Below, piece by piece: positions 1 through 10,003 of a stretch of DNA of 64,000 nucleotides. The stretch is from a virus (Duplodnaviria > Heunggongvirae > Uroviricota > Caudoviricetes): positions 11,067-75,066 of IMG/VR virus record IMGVR_UViG_3300042888_001115. One strand, given 5' to 3'. The translations under genes and the position numbers were made by a program. How positions within the stretch are numbered: the first letter of the stretch is position 1; each line of letters starts with the position of its first letter. A model generated the notes under the pieces. That model saw only the letters and a list, made by a program, of their open reading frames with translations, was not told where the DNA came from and did not search any database.

Positions 1-1
1 T

Positions 2-739
2 TTAAAATATTTGATTATATAATTCCCAATATTGGGTATATTGAATTGCTTCTAATGTTGTTTCATTTAGATATTTATTCCATATCATTGGTTGATATGA
101 ATTCCAATTACAATTTTCACTACATAATGTAACATGTGAATTAGATACATCTACCATTTTTCCAGGATAACCTTCTACTGAAAATCTTCCTTTTTCAAAG
201 TTATCCCATCCATCTATACTAAATAATTTTTCTGTGTTAAACCAAAAAAATGTTCCACTATAATGCCAATTAGTTGTAACCCAAGGAGGACATGGTACAG
301 TTATTTGCATTATACCACTAAATGTTTTATCGGTTGTTAAATTATATTCAATATTAGATAAATAACGTTCTTCTAAATTAAAAAAATACATTGATAATAA
401 CCAAACCTTTACTACATTATTTTCAGCACCACCATTTTTACTTCCTTTATTATGTGCAAAAAATGTAAGTGAATTTTTGTTTTTAATTTCCTTTAAGGAT
501 TGTATAAAATATTCAGATTCTCTAGTTTCTGGATTATTTTGTACTAATTCAATTTCACAATTAGGAAATAAATTAATTAAATGTGAATTATTCCTTAATA
601 AATCATCTACTGCAATTTTAATAATTCTTTGTCCATTAAATAGTGGTAAATATTTATTTATTAAGGTGATATTATAATTTGCAAATTCGTTTATTTCCGA
701 ATTTTCAAAATAACAATAATATACTAAATTTTTAATCAT
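2..739 (-). CDS. hypothetical protein, 3' end beyond window
   Basis: 245-codon minus-strand ORF with no stop inside the window; N/K/I-rich composition like its neighbours. Confidence 0.5.
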   Translation of the reverse strand: MIKNLVYYCYFENSEINEFANYNITLINKYLPLFNGQRIIKIAVDDLLRNNSHLINLFPNCEIELVQNNPETRESEYFIQSLKEIKNKNSLTFFAHNKGSKNGGAENNVVKVWLLSMYFFNLEERYLSNIEYNLTTDKTFSGIMQITVPCPPWVTTNWHYSGTFFWFNTEKLFSIDGWDNFEKGRFSVEGYPGKMVDVSNSHVTLCSENCNWNSYQPMIWNKYLNETTLEAIQYTQYWELYNQIF

Positions 740-742
740 TTA

Positions 743-1327
743 TTATAACTTTTTAATTATTATTAAAACATCATCATATCTATTTTTATTTTTTCTCAAG
801 TCAATACATTCATAAGATATTCCTAATGAATTACATATTTCATCAAAGAATTGTTTTTCGTTATCCCAATCTTGTATATCTTCTATTATAAGTGTACCAC
901 CTTTTTTTACTTTTTCTAACCATTTTTGTATTGAAATTATTTGAGTTTGAATCGTATGTGGTCCATCATCTATTAAGTAATCTATTGAATTATCTTCAAA
1001 TTTATCAATAGTAGTATCTGAATATGCGGTATCTAATATTAGAGTTGTATTTGGTATTTTACTTACAAATTCTAAATCATTGTTATTCATTTCACTACCA
1101 TTATCAATACCTGTTATAGTTGAATTAATAAACCACTTACTCAATAAATTTAGAGAATCTCCTCTTCTAACACCAATTTCTACTATATTAAGTTTATCCA
1201 ATCTAACATCAGTAAATTCTGTTGAATAATATCCATTGATATAATCATGCAATGTTCCTTTGTCACTTTTTGGTTCTATTGAATCATAGAACTCTGAAAA
1301 TGTAATCATATTTTTTATTTTTTCCAA
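743..1327 (-). CDS. class I SAM-dependent methyltransferase
   Basis: Rossmann-like IVEIGVRRGDS motif followed by acidic LIDDGPH; length typical for a small-molecule or sugar MTase. Confidence 0.55.
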   Translation of the reverse strand: MEKIKNMITFSEFYDSIEPKSDKGTLHDYINGYYSTEFTDVRLDKLNIVEIGVRRGDSLNLLSKWFINSTITGIDNGSEMNNNDLEFVSKIPNTTLILDTAYSDTTIDKFEDNSIDYLIDDGPHTIQTQIISIQKWLEKVKKGGTLIIEDIQDWDNEKQFFDEICNSLGISYECIDLRKNKNRYDDVLIIIKKL

Positions 1328-2307
1328 AATGAATAAATGCCATTATCTAATTCGTAAGTATCCCAAACGAATTGGTTTCTTCTAGGTTGTTTTTGTGCCC
1401 ATTCCCACATATCTTTCAAACCATCTTCAAAATTGGTTTTATGTTCAAACCCTAATATATCAATAGATTTTTGCCAGGTTGGAATAGCATGTTTAACTTC
1501 ATGTCTACCCTCTTTATAAACCACTTCACCACCACCAATTACATTTCTTAATACTTCACATGCTTTATTAACTGTCCATTCCTCTACACCACCCAAATTA
1601 ATAATTTCTTTAGATGCGGTAGGTAATATAGCCGATTTCCATAATGGTTCAACAATATCATCAATACAACTAAATGCACGTGTTTGTTCACCATCACCAA
1701 ATATTGTCATTGGTAATCCGTTTAAATGTTGATACATCCAAATACCCAATACATTACGATACTTATCCCAAATATTTTGATTTCTACCATATACATTATG
1801 TGGACGGATAATACACCAATCTAAACCATGTTGCTCACCTGCAATTTGAATATCCATCTCACATCCATACTTAGCTACTCCATACGGGTCAATTGGTGTT
1901 TGTTGTTGCTTCTCATCAAATATTCCACCTTCACCATGTCCATATACTGCTAACGTAGATGTAAACACCAATCTTTTAACATTATGTTTAATACATTGAT
2001 TTAATATTCTTGCAGTTGCAACTAAATTGTTTTCATAATTGTATTGACGAATAAATGGAGATAATCCTTCTGCTGCATACGCTGCTAAATGAAACACATA
2101 ATCAAATTTATGATTTTCAAAACAATTTTCAATTGGATGTTCTACTAAGTTCATTTCCCAAAACGTAACTTTTGAATTCACATTTTCTTTGTAACCACCA
2201 GATAAATCATCTATCCCAACTACTTCTACATTTGGTACATTTTCAATTATATAATCTGCAAGTCTACTACCCAATAGCCCCGCTACACCTGTAATTAATA
2301 CTTTCAT
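1315..2307 (-). CDS. NAD-dependent sugar epimerase/dehydratase (SDR family)
   Basis: N-terminal MKVLITGVAGLLGS glycine-rich NAD fold, catalytic YGVAKYG (YxxxK), about 330 aa. Confidence 0.8.
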   Translation of the reverse strand: MKVLITGVAGLLGSRLADYIIENVPNVEVVGIDDLSGGYKENVNSKVTFWEMNLVEHPIENCFENHKFDYVFHLAAYAAEGLSPFIRQYNYENNLVATARILNQCIKHNVKRLVFTSTLAVYGHGEGGIFDEKQQQTPIDPYGVAKYGCEMDIQIAGEQHGLDWCIIRPHNVYGRNQNIWDKYRNVLGIWMYQHLNGLPMTIFGDGEQTRAFSCIDDIVEPLWKSAILPTASKEIINLGGVEEWTVNKACEVLRNVIGGGEVVYKEGRHEVKHAIPTWQKSIDILGFEHKTNFEDGLKDMWEWAQKQPRRNQFVWDTYELDNGIYSFWKK

Positions 2308-2708
2308 TAATCTTCAAATTTAATTGGTTCTAAATTGTTTTTTTGTCTATAATCATTTATTGCTGATTTTATAGCATCTTCTGCTAATACCGAACAATGG
2401 ATTTTAACTGGTGGTAGGTTTAATTCCTCTACCAATTCCATATTATCTAATTTAACCGCATCTTCCAATGTCATACCTTTTAACCACTCCGTTGCTAATG
2501 AAGATGCTGCTATTGCACTTCCACAACCAAATGTTTTAAATTTTGCATCAATAATTCTGTTATCTTCAACTTCTATTTGTAATCTCATTACATCACCACA
2601 TTCGGGTGCTCCTACTAGACCTGTACCCACGTTAGATTTACTTTTATCTAAAGTTCCTACGTTTTTTGGGTTTTGGTAATGGTCAATTACCTTTTCTGAA
2701 TATGCCAT
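2307..2708 (-). CDS. iscU: Fe-S cluster assembly scaffold IscU
   Basis: Nearly collinear with bacterial IscU: MAYSEKVIDHYQNPKNVG, GAPECGDVMRLQ, FKTFGCGSAIASS, PPVKIHCSVLAEDAIK; three conserved Cys plus LPPVK. Confidence 0.9.
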   Translation of the reverse strand: MAYSEKVIDHYQNPKNVGTLDKSKSNVGTGLVGAPECGDVMRLQIEVEDNRIIDAKFKTFGCGSAIAASSLATEWLKGMTLEDAVKLDNMELVEELNLPPVKIHCSVLAEDAIKSAINDYRQKNNLEPIKFED

Positions 2709-2714
2709 ATTATT

Positions 2715-3821
2715 TTAGTATGTTTTTGTTAAATCATCTTTGTTATCTACTTCGTTTAGATGGTCTCTATATAATTTGTTGTATTTGTGTATAGAATTAC
2801 CATTATTCATCCAATATTTCACTGCCGATGGGTTATTTATCCATAGATTTTTGTTTTCCCAATCAAATGTAGGTTCTGCGTAATAGGGTATTGGTAAGGG
2901 TTCTATGGGTTCATTTTGAGGAATATTTTCCACTATAACCTCATTTTGTTCCTTTTTTGTAGAATATTTTCCACTATCTCCGTATATTTGGTAATTTTTG
3001 TAGTTTTCTTCCATTAAATCATCTAAATTATCATATAAACCTAATTTTTCATCATTTTCTATTATTTCACCTAATAATTTTCTTTGTTTTGTCTTTTTAT
3101 CATCAATCATTCCGTTAAATGCGATAATTAACGCAACTGCCAATGGGTCAAACACAATTACAATCAAAAATATGAAGAATTTTACTACATTTTTCAATTC
3201 CATACCAAATGCTTCAGCTACAAAACGAAATCCACCCACTTCTTTCTCTAAATCTAAGTTTGTCACTTTGATTTTATTGATTTCATCGTTGCTTTTAGCA
3301 TTTTCGGTTTGTAAACTACTAATTTGTTTATTAATAGTTGCAACCTGTCTATCTTTACTATCAATTGAACGTAAAAGTCGGTTACTCACCTTACCTTTAT
3401 CTAAAATTGTGTTCTGAGTTGCCGACAATTGTCCTAATTGTGCCGACAACTGTCCGATTTGTGTTTCATTGGTAGTAATCTTAGTAGAATATACTGCAAT
3501 CTCTCTATCTACTTGTTGTAATTTAAGATTTTGCTGTTGGAATGCATTTGAAAGGTAACCAAATATACCAGCAGATGTAATTAGCATCAATAGTGCCACT
3601 GCTGATACTAAATACCACTTATTAAATCCACCAATATCATTCCATTTTTGTTTTAGATAAGTTGCTGCTACCAGTTTGGCAAATTCCAATGAACCTGCCA
3701 TTACCATAACAGATACAGCTGCTCCACTAAATAGAACACCCAATCCAGTTATAGAAAAAAATGCAGCACAACCAGCTATGATTAATGCTGATATTCCTAC
3801 TAACCATTTTAACCAATTCAT
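2715..3821 (-). CDS. membrane protein with central coiled-coil
   Basis: N-terminal hydrophobic segments, a QLSAQLGQLSAT repeat encoded by a direct DNA repeat near 3410-3450, and a second TM cluster. Confidence 0.5.
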   Translation of the reverse strand: MNWLKWLVGISALIIAGCAAFFSITGLGVLFSGAAVSVMVMAGSLEFAKLVAATYLKQKWNDIGGFNKWYLVSAVALLMLITSAGIFGYLSNAFQQQNLKLQQVDREIAVYSTKITTNETQIGQLSAQLGQLSATQNTILDKGKVSNRLLRSIDSKDRQVATINKQISSLQTENAKSNDEINKIKVTNLDLEKEVGGFRFVAEAFGMELKNVVKFFIFLIVIVFDPLAVALIIAFNGMIDDKKTKQRKLLGEIIENDEKLGLYDNLDDLMEENYKNYQIYGDSGKYSTKKEQNEVIVENIPQNEPIEPLPIPYYAEPTFDWENKNLWINNPSAVKYWMNNGNSIHKYNKLYRDHLNEVDNKDDLTKTY

Positions 3822-4003
3822 TATCCCTCTCTTTCTAGGTCAATTAAATCATTAACTTTACCTAATGCAAATAATAATTCATCAAACATCCTTACTGCAT
3901 CTGCATTAGAAATTTGTTTACTACCTTCTGCCGCTTGTTTTAAGAAGTTTGTTCTGATTTCAATTGCTTCTAAGTTTTGTCTAATTTGTACTTTGTATCT
4001 CAT
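3821..4003 (-). CDS. hypothetical small protein
   Basis: 60-aa ORF packed against its neighbour (overlapping stop/start). Confidence 0.4.
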   Translation of the reverse strand: MRYKVQIRQNLEAIEIRTNFLKQAAEGSKQISNADAVRMFDELLFALGKVNDLIDLEREG

Positions 4004-4015
4004 ATACTTTATTTT

Positions 4016-4873
4016 TTATAATAATTTGTTATTTTTATATAAATATTTGTTATTTAAAAATGTAACTATACCCTCCGCCCATAGTTGGTGGGCTTGAAAT
4101 CCAGGGTGTCCATCATTTATTATATCAACCCCAATTTCATCAAATATTCTTGTTTTAGTTTTTTCACTTAATGTAACAATATTATTTTCAAATTGACCAT
4201 TAATTTCTAATTTTAAAATTCTATTATTAAGAAAATTTGGAATAAATTTATTAAAATCAATTTGGTTAATAAAATAAGTGTAATTACCCGATATGTAATA
4301 TTCTATATTGTGTAATTTAAAAAATGAACATAATCCTAAATATTTTTTAGCAGTTTCTAACTCCCATTGAATTGGATTTATAAAACTATTAGAATATTGT
4401 TTAATTATAGAATCTATATTATCTTTATACACTATATTTGTCATAAACCCATCTGTAATCCAATTGAACGTAGTTGCTACACTATCTACTTTACCATTAT
4501 TATCATAATTAACATTTGCTACCAAATATTTATTATACTTGTTTGAAAATATATCTAATCTATTTATCGCGTCAGGTAATTCTAATATGAATAGGGTTTT
4601 TTTAACTTCATCTAGTGTATTTTTTAGAATGTAATCATATACTTTTCTAATAATTCTATCCGTACCACTACCACTCTTTGCATCGTTTATTATTTTAATC
4701 CCCATTTGTTTTCCAACCAACGTAGGATAACATACATCTACTTGAGATTCATACTCAAACCCATATTGTTTTTTATATGCTTCTCTAACGTGTTCTTTCT
4801 TTGCTTCAAATCCACCACCTTCGGTAAACGAGCAACCATTAAAATATATTTGATTAAATTTATTTTGTATCAT
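4016..4873 (-). CDS. SGNH/GDSL-fold hydrolase paralogue (1 of 5)
   Basis: Block I FNGCSFTEGGG near the N-terminus, SGSGTDR, and C-terminal DGHPGFQAH (DxxH). Paralogous to ORFs at 30219, 33296, 34077 and 35850. Confidence 0.5.
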   Translation of the reverse strand: MIQNKFNQIYFNGCSFTEGGGFEAKKEHVREAYKKQYGFEYESQVDVCYPTLVGKQMGIKIINDAKSGSGTDRIIRKVYDYILKNTLDEVKKTLFILELPDAINRLDIFSNKYNKYLVANVNYDNNGKVDSVATTFNWITDGFMTNIVYKDNIDSIIKQYSNSFINPIQWELETAKKYLGLCSFFKLHNIEYYISGNYTYFINQIDFNKFIPNFLNNRILKLEINGQFENNIVTLSEKTKTRIFDEIGVDIINDGHPGFQAHQLWAEGIVTFLNNKYLYKNNKLL

Positions 4874-4899
4874 AAAAAAAGGTAGTCTTTGTGACTACC
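4874..4899 (-). terminator. hairpin + T-run (intrinsic terminator or 5' attenuator)
   Basis: Gene-sense GGTAGTCACAAAGACTACC (perfect 7-bp stem) followed by TTTTTTT, immediately before the ATG at 4873. Confidence 0.45.
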
Positions 4900-4902
4900 T
4901 TT

Positions 4903-4915
4903 CAAATATACGAAA
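4903..4915 (-). promoter_or_regulatory. promoter -7-like motif TTTCGTATATTTG
   Basis: Gene-sense TTTCGTATATTTG matches the Bacteroidota -7 consensus TAnnTTTG; member of the recurring motif class. Confidence 0.35.
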
Positions 4916-4925
4916 TATAACTCAG

Positions 4926-5306
4926 TTATCCAACTTTAATGGATACTTTTTTTGGTTTCTTTTCTTCTATCTTAGGTAAAGAGATATGTAATATACCATC
5001 TTTTACCGTTGCTAATGTAGCACTAAGGTCCCAATTAGTTCCAATGTTTAATGATTCATCAACCGGAAGTGCAATCGCATTCCAAATTTTATCATCGGTT
5101 TCTTTTTCTATTGATTTAACTTTAATAAAGCTTTCCTCAATTGTAATTTCTAATGTTTCCTTTGTTTGACCAGGAACTGCTAATCCAATTCGTAAGATAT
5201 CTTCGGTTATATCAACTACTACTTGTTTGTGGGTTGATGTAGCTGTTTTTGTTTTTGGTGTTTCGAAAAAATCTTCAAATAATTTGTTGTAATCTACTAA
5301 ATACAT
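4926..5306 (-). CDS. small heat-shock protein, Hsp20/alpha-crystallin family
   Basis: Alpha-crystallin domain pattern, GILHISLPK, C-terminal I-x-I/V tail (VSIKVG), 126 aa. Confidence 0.7.
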   Translation of the reverse strand: MYLVDYNKLFEDFFETPKTKTATSTHKQVVVDITEDILRIGLAVPGQTKETLEITIEESFIKVKSIEKETDDKIWNAIALPVDESLNIGTNWDLSATLATVKDGILHISLPKIEEKKPKKVSIKVG

Positions 5307-5381
5307 AATTTAATGTTTTTTTTGTTAATAATATTCTATATAGTTCAAATACTATACCATTGGGTTTAATCTGACAATTTG

Positions 5382-6056
5382 TTAGAATTTACCAACATTA
5401 AATGAAAATTTGTCATCTTTTACCGACTGTCTTTCAATTACCGTACTCATATGGTCTGCCCAATGCATAATATACTGAATATTTGATTTAAGATATTTTG
5501 ATGTATCATATACTTTATAATATTTTTCATTGTCCTCATCGTATAGACCATCCGTAAGTTTTATACCAAAATATTCATTCTCATTGATTGCAATACCATA
5601 TTGTGATAATGTAAATAATGTTCTATCAGTTATTGCCATAAAAGAGTTTTTTTCATTTCTTTTGTATAACTCACCTCTATTTTCAATATGCCATTTAGAA
5701 TCATTTGGTGCATAATGTAGTTCTTCTTTAGTACCCAATTTACCCAAATCATGATGTATTGCAACAAATAGTAATTCTTCTTCGGTGAAATCACATACTC
5801 CACCCGCTTCTTCAAATGTTTTTTTCATTTTTAATGCGTTCTTACATACATTAAAGATATGGTCAATATACCCACCCTCATATGCATTGTGATAGTTTTT
5901 ATTACCACTTGCAGGTGATACCATTAAGTTTCCACCTAATTCATCATCCGAGTACATAAACAAAAGTTTTTCTAATCTTTCGCCTGTAAAATATTTGTTA
6001 ACGATGGCTAGAAACTTATCGTAGTTCTGCTTTAATTCTGATTCTGTCTTTTTCAT
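5382..6056 (-). CDS. HD-domain phosphohydrolase
   Basis: VAIHHDLGKLGT (HD motif) with an upstream His (YIDHIF). Confidence 0.6.
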   Translation of the reverse strand: MKKTESELKQNYDKFLAIVNKYFTGERLEKLLFMYSDDELGGNLMVSPASGNKNYHNAYEGGYIDHIFNVCKNALKMKKTFEEAGGVCDFTEEELLFVAIHHDLGKLGTKEELHYAPNDSKWHIENRGELYKRNEKNSFMAITDRTLFTLSQYGIAINENEYFGIKLTDGLYDEDNEKYYKVYDTSKYLKSNIQYIMHWADHMSTVIERQSVKDDKFSFNVGKF

Positions 6057-6355
6057 TTTGTTAAATTTTCTTTTGTTAAGATTTTATATAAAAGTTCAAT
6101 TTCTTCTTCAGTTTCTAACATTGGTAAGTTATCAAATAGGGTTACCAAATATTCACCCTCATTCAAATCCATATTTTTCCACTCATCACTTGCTATTGAT
6201 ATTAACGTAGGTCTTTCACTTACATCATCATCTTCTTTTGGTAAAGGTAATATCCAATAATAAAAATCAGTTTCACCATCACTTTCTTCTATTCGTATCG
6301 CTCCCCATCTTTTAAAGGAATGGTCGGTAATCGGTGTTTGTGGCATTGTTATCAT
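6053..6355 (-). CDS. hypothetical acidic protein
   Basis: 100-aa ORF overlapping the upstream stop. Confidence 0.45.
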   Translation of the reverse strand: MITMPQTPITDHSFKRWGAIRIEESDGETDFYYWILPLPKEDDDVSERPTLISIASDEWKNMDLNEGEYLVTLFDNLPMLETEEEIELLYKILTKENLTK

Positions 6356-6379
6356 AACTCAAATATACAACTTTTTTTC

Positions 6380-6988
6380 CTAATCACAAATAATTCTAAT
6401 GGATTTTTGAATTGAATCTAGTTTAGAATTTGAAAATAAATTACTATTTGGGGTTTCAATTGTATATTTTGCTTTGCCTATAATTGTAATTGTATCACCT
6501 TTCATTTTATATATTGGTGCACCCATAGTATTTATTTCACCGGAAAAATATCCTAATTGTGATGTACTATTTACAATAGGAATTATTTGGTCTTGCTGTG
6601 AAACTAAAGAAGGTAGTTGTGATATTTGTAATTGACCTGTATATGGATTAAAATACGTTTTAACCACTCTACCAATCGTATCGCCGGCTTTTAATATCCA
6701 ATAGTGAGAACTACTCCATTCTATTCTACCATTAACCGGAGAAGGTGTTTTATTTGGTTTGCCATCTACTAAGAATTTACCGGTGATTCTACTTAACGTT
6801 TGGTTTGTTAGAGTAGATAACGATAAATGATAAAATCCATTATTATCCAATGGTAAACTTTGCTTACCATTTGAACTTAATGCAGAATCAATTGTAAATG
6901 TAATTGTGTGAGTTTGTGGTATTGGTGTAACTATATCTTTATTACACGCCATTAAAGCCATAATACCTAAAAAGGGTAAAATCTTCAT
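6380..6988 (-). CDS. lipoprotein
   Basis: Signal peptide MKILPFLGIMALMAC with lipobox Cys; preceded by a promoter motif 22 nt upstream. Confidence 0.5.
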   Translation of the reverse strand: MKILPFLGIMALMACNKDIVTPIPQTHTITFTIDSALSSNGKQSLPLDNNGFYHLSLSTLTNQTLSRITGKFLVDGKPNKTPSPVNGRIEWSSSHYWILKAGDTIGRVVKTYFNPYTGQLQISQLPSLVSQQDQIIPIVNSTSQLGYFSGEINTMGAPIYKMKGDTITIIGKAKYTIETPNSNLFSNSKLDSIQKSIRIICD

Positions 6989-7012
6989 ATCTTAGAGTTT
7001 AGTGTTTATACT

Positions 7013-7023
7013 TAAAGATACGA
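7013..7023 (-). promoter_or_regulatory. promoter -7-like motif GTCGTATCTTTAAGTATA
   Basis: Consensus motif about 22 nt upstream of the lipoprotein ATG; TTG about 20 nt further upstream. Confidence 0.4.
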
Positions 7024-7070
7024 CTTTTTTGTGGTTTTTCCAATTATTTGAGAGTATTTGGTATAAACAA

Positions 7071-7081
7071 TTGATTATCAA
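7071..7081 (-). promoter_or_regulatory. palindromic TTGATTATCAA site (weak copy of the upstream 20-mer)
   Basis: TTGATTATCAATTACTTA about 48 nt upstream of the promoter motif. Confidence 0.3.
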
Positions 7082-7085
7082 TTAC

Positions 7086-7523
7086 TTATAATTGTTCAAA
7101 TCCTAATTTTGTGAATACGTTTATTGACCGTATGTTCCAATCATCTATATTGGTTAATATGTTCGTATTGGTATAATTTTGTATAACATAAAATAACATA
7201 TCCGTTGCTCCATACATTCTACTATAATTTGTAGTTTTTATAAATACATTGTAAATATAATAAGTTGTAGAATCTATACATTTTAACCAACAATATCCAA
7301 CAATTTCACCTTTATAATAAGATACAAACATTTTATCACCCCGTTCAATCCTATCTTCTGCAGCTTGGAGATTAAACATACCATCCCAATTTATTTCAGA
7401 GTTGAATAAATCAATACAATATTGAATAATAGTATCATCTGATATTTCTACTATCTTAAAATCCGAATGAATATTACGTTGTATTAAATCTTCATATTTT
7501 AATTTATATTCTATCATACTCAA
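7086..7523 (-). CDS. GNAT-like acetyltransferase (tentative)
   Basis: About 145 aa, YYKGEIVGYCWL and C-terminal FTKLGFEQL resembling GNAT motifs A and B. Confidence 0.4.
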   Translation of the reverse strand: MSMIEYKLKYEDLIQRNIHSDFKIVEISDDTIIQYCIDLFNSEINWDGMFNLQAAEDRIERGDKMFVSYYKGEIVGYCWLKCIDSTTYYIYNVFIKTTNYSRMYGATDMLFYVIQNYTNTNILTNIDDWNIRSINVFTKLGFEQL

Positions 7524-7565
7524 CTCCTAAATAATTAAAATTTTTCGGATTTAATTTAAAATCAA

Positions 7566-8075
7566 TCATATTAATCGTTTATCTATATGTGTGTGTCGTA
7601 ATCTTTCTGGTGAATTTACATCAAATATATCTTCATAATATGTTATATCAATTTTTAATATTTTACTAAGTTCTAATAACTTAGTATAATAGTTATTCAC
7701 CATTTCTTGTACTTCCGTATAGTTTGGTGTTGGTTCCCAAATATATTGCATCCCGCCATTTAAATGAGTACGTTCTCTGTTATATCTTAAGTATGCAATA
7801 CTTTCTGCACAAGATTTCAAATCCCTCCTACCTAGTAGCACTACTTTGTCAAACCTGCCGGCTAAGTCAACCCACCATTTCATTTCATCGGTTATCCCGG
7901 TAGGTATATGCCACATTATAATCTTAACTATGGTATTATCATCCTTGTCATTTGGTAAATAATCACTACCATTTTTAGTTGGTTCGGATACCCATTTTAA
8001 ATTATGTTCGGCTGCTAATTTTAGCAGTAAAGAACTAGTACCGGTTCTAGCCATTGCAATTATTACTATTTTCAT
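7566..8075 (-). CDS. sulfotransferase-like P-loop protein
   Basis: N-terminal AMARTGTSSL (5'-PSB-like) and LLGRRDLKSCAES (3'-PB-like R..S). Confidence 0.45.
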   Translation of the reverse strand: MKIVIIAMARTGTSSLLLKLAAEHNLKWVSEPTKNGSDYLPNDKDDNTIVKIIMWHIPTGITDEMKWWVDLAGRFDKVVLLGRRDLKSCAESIAYLRYNRERTHLNGGMQYIWEPTPNYTEVQEMVNNYYTKLLELSKILKIDITYYEDIFDVNSPERLRHTHIDKRLI

Positions 8076-8578
8076 TATATTAAAGATTTTTTAAATGTCA
8101 AATTCTCAACACATAAAAATAAAATTAAAGACCACCGCTCACCTGTTTTTATTTCCATAACTTCATGTTCGGTGTGACTGTTGAAACAATAAATTTCGCC
8201 TCTTTTTTTTGATAATAATTTATGTGGCTCATATAAATAAAAATCGCCCCCGGTGTATTCTTCATTTAGATTAGTGCCAACCGCCCATATTCTGTTTTTA
8301 TTTGTATCAGAATGTCTTGTAAATTTGTCGCCAATATTAAATTTATGCAAACCTATGTGTGTGGGATAATTATTAACAATAACATTTTTATTATCCATAA
8401 TCAATTTACCAATCATTCTATCAAATATCCATTTATAATTTTGAATATTTGGTATTTGCCATCCGGTGTAGTTAACCGCACTATTATTAGGATACCCACC
8501 ATCGGTTTTTATTACCGTCAATACTTTACTTAAATTTATGATATCTAAACATTCTTTTGGTGTAAAATAATTTTCCAT
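8075..8578 (-). CDS. 2OG-Fe(II) oxygenase (prolyl-hydroxylase-like)
   Basis: HxD...H triad candidates FTRHSDTN and NSHTEHEV, then GERWSL (R-x-S). Confidence 0.55.
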   Translation of the reverse strand: MENYFTPKECLDIINLSKVLTVIKTDGGYPNNSAVNYTGWQIPNIQNYKWIFDRMIGKLIMDNKNVIVNNYPTHIGLHKFNIGDKFTRHSDTNKNRIWAVGTNLNEEYTGGDFYLYEPHKLLSKKRGEIYCFNSHTEHEVMEIKTGERWSLILFLCVENLTFKKSLI

Positions 8579-8582
8579 ATGA

Positions 8583-9182
8583 TTATATTAATGAATTTGT
8601 TTTTTTTGTAATAATATCACCCATTCTATATTTGTTTGTAGTATCTAATAACTCTTTGTAATATAACTCATTATATTCTATTTCTAATTCATTAAATAGT
8701 GGATTAAAATTTCCATAATATAAATCTTCGTAATAAAAAATTGGTAAATTATTTAGTGTTGCAAAATTAAAAAGTGTTTCATTTAAAAAACTATATCTAT
8801 CGTATGTTGTTTGGAATTCGGCATCCGTAATATTGTAAAGGTTATAGATACGTGGTGTATTATTTAAAAATGATGCCTCTTTGTGTACAAGAATTGAACT
8901 TTCAACTTGTTCTTTTTGATTTTTTCTTAAAAGGATTACTATCTTATCAAAATCATTTACCAATGTATCTAATGAGACCGGTAACGTTCTATATGCTGAT
9001 TTTACGAATATATTTCGTTTAGTAATTAAATCGGAATATTCATTTTTATTTTTATGTACGTTTTCAACCATCCATTCAAACCAAGGCTCATTGAAGCATT
9101 CATATTCAGTTTTAATTTTTTCGAAATATTTTAGTATTGAGGTCGAACCACATCTAGGAGTATATAGAAGTAAAATTTTCAT
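8583..9182 (-). CDS. sulfotransferase-like P-loop protein (paralogue)
   Basis: YTPRCGSTSIL and LLRKNQKEQVESS motifs; same architecture as 7566..8075. Confidence 0.45.
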   Translation of the reverse strand: MKILLLYTPRCGSTSILKYFEKIKTEYECFNEPWFEWMVENVHKNKNEYSDLITKRNIFVKSAYRTLPVSLDTLVNDFDKIVILLRKNQKEQVESSILVHKEASFLNNTPRIYNLYNITDAEFQTTYDRYSFLNETLFNFATLNNLPIFYYEDLYYGNFNPLFNELEIEYNELYYKELLDTTNKYRMGDIITKKTNSLI

Positions 9183-9704
9183 TTATAGTTTAACTTTAAT
9201 TCCATTAATCCACACAATTCTATATGTAGAACAATTTAAAACATTTGTCTCATGTTCATGTATTGATGCGAAAAAATAAAGACAATCACCCTCATTTATT
9301 TTATAAACTACATTATTAATAATCAAATCACCACCAGCATCTCCGGTTGAAGTTTTTATTATAAAATGTAAACTCTCGGTATCATCGTATTTTGGGTCTT
9401 TGTGTTTTATTAACTTAGAACCATTGAAAGATATTGCACATATTATACCATCTTTACCTTGTGGTACATTTTCATTTTCTGAAAAATTAAGTTTTTCTTT
9501 TATTTTTTTAAACGCATTTACAATTAAATCCGGATAATCATATTTAACATCATTTGTAAATCTGGTAGTTTTTCTATTATTTGCCGCTCTACCTATTTGA
9601 AAAATGTTAGTATTATGGTTATCTAATGCCCATTTATTTAAAATATTACATTCATCATGTGTTAATACAGATGGGATGATTTCAATTGAATTTGTATCAA
9701 TCAT
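9183..9704 (-). CDS. 2OG-Fe(II) oxygenase-like (paralogue)
   Basis: IKHKDPKYDD (HxD) and ASIHEHET, then YRIVWI; second copy of the oxygenase. Confidence 0.5.
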   Translation of the reverse strand: MIDTNSIEIIPSVLTHDECNILNKWALDNHNTNIFQIGRAANNRKTTRFTNDVKYDYPDLIVNAFKKIKEKLNFSENENVPQGKDGIICAISFNGSKLIKHKDPKYDDTESLHFIIKTSTGDAGGDLIINNVVYKINEGDCLYFFASIHEHETNVLNCSTYRIVWINGIKVKL

Positions 9705-9706
9705 AT

Positions 9707-9988
9707 TTAAAATAAAGTTTTTTCCACTTTTTGTTTTGGAAAATATAGAGTATCAACACTTTCCCATTTTTTCAATGGACAATCATTAAAATCTGCTGAA
9801 AATATTTTTTTAGTTATTGGGCAACCACATTCGTTGCATATAACACCAATATCTAATTTAGTAGTGAGTACCTTTCTAGACGGACATACTTCACATATTT
9901 CATTTCTTTTTTCTGCTAGTAGTTTTTGATTTTCAGAAGGTTTATACGCTGTAACCCATGCATTGAAAATTTTTTTAAAATTCAACAT
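9707..9988 (-). CDS. Zn-ribbon small protein
   Basis: CEVCPSRK...CNECGCP, two CxxC pairs. Confidence 0.45.
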   Translation of the reverse strand: MLNFKKIFNAWVTAYKPSENQKLLAEKRNEICEVCPSRKVLTTKLDIGVICNECGCPITKKIFSADFNDCPLKKWESVDTLYFPKQKVEKTLF

Positions 9989-10003
9989 GTTTTTAAATTT
10001 TTA

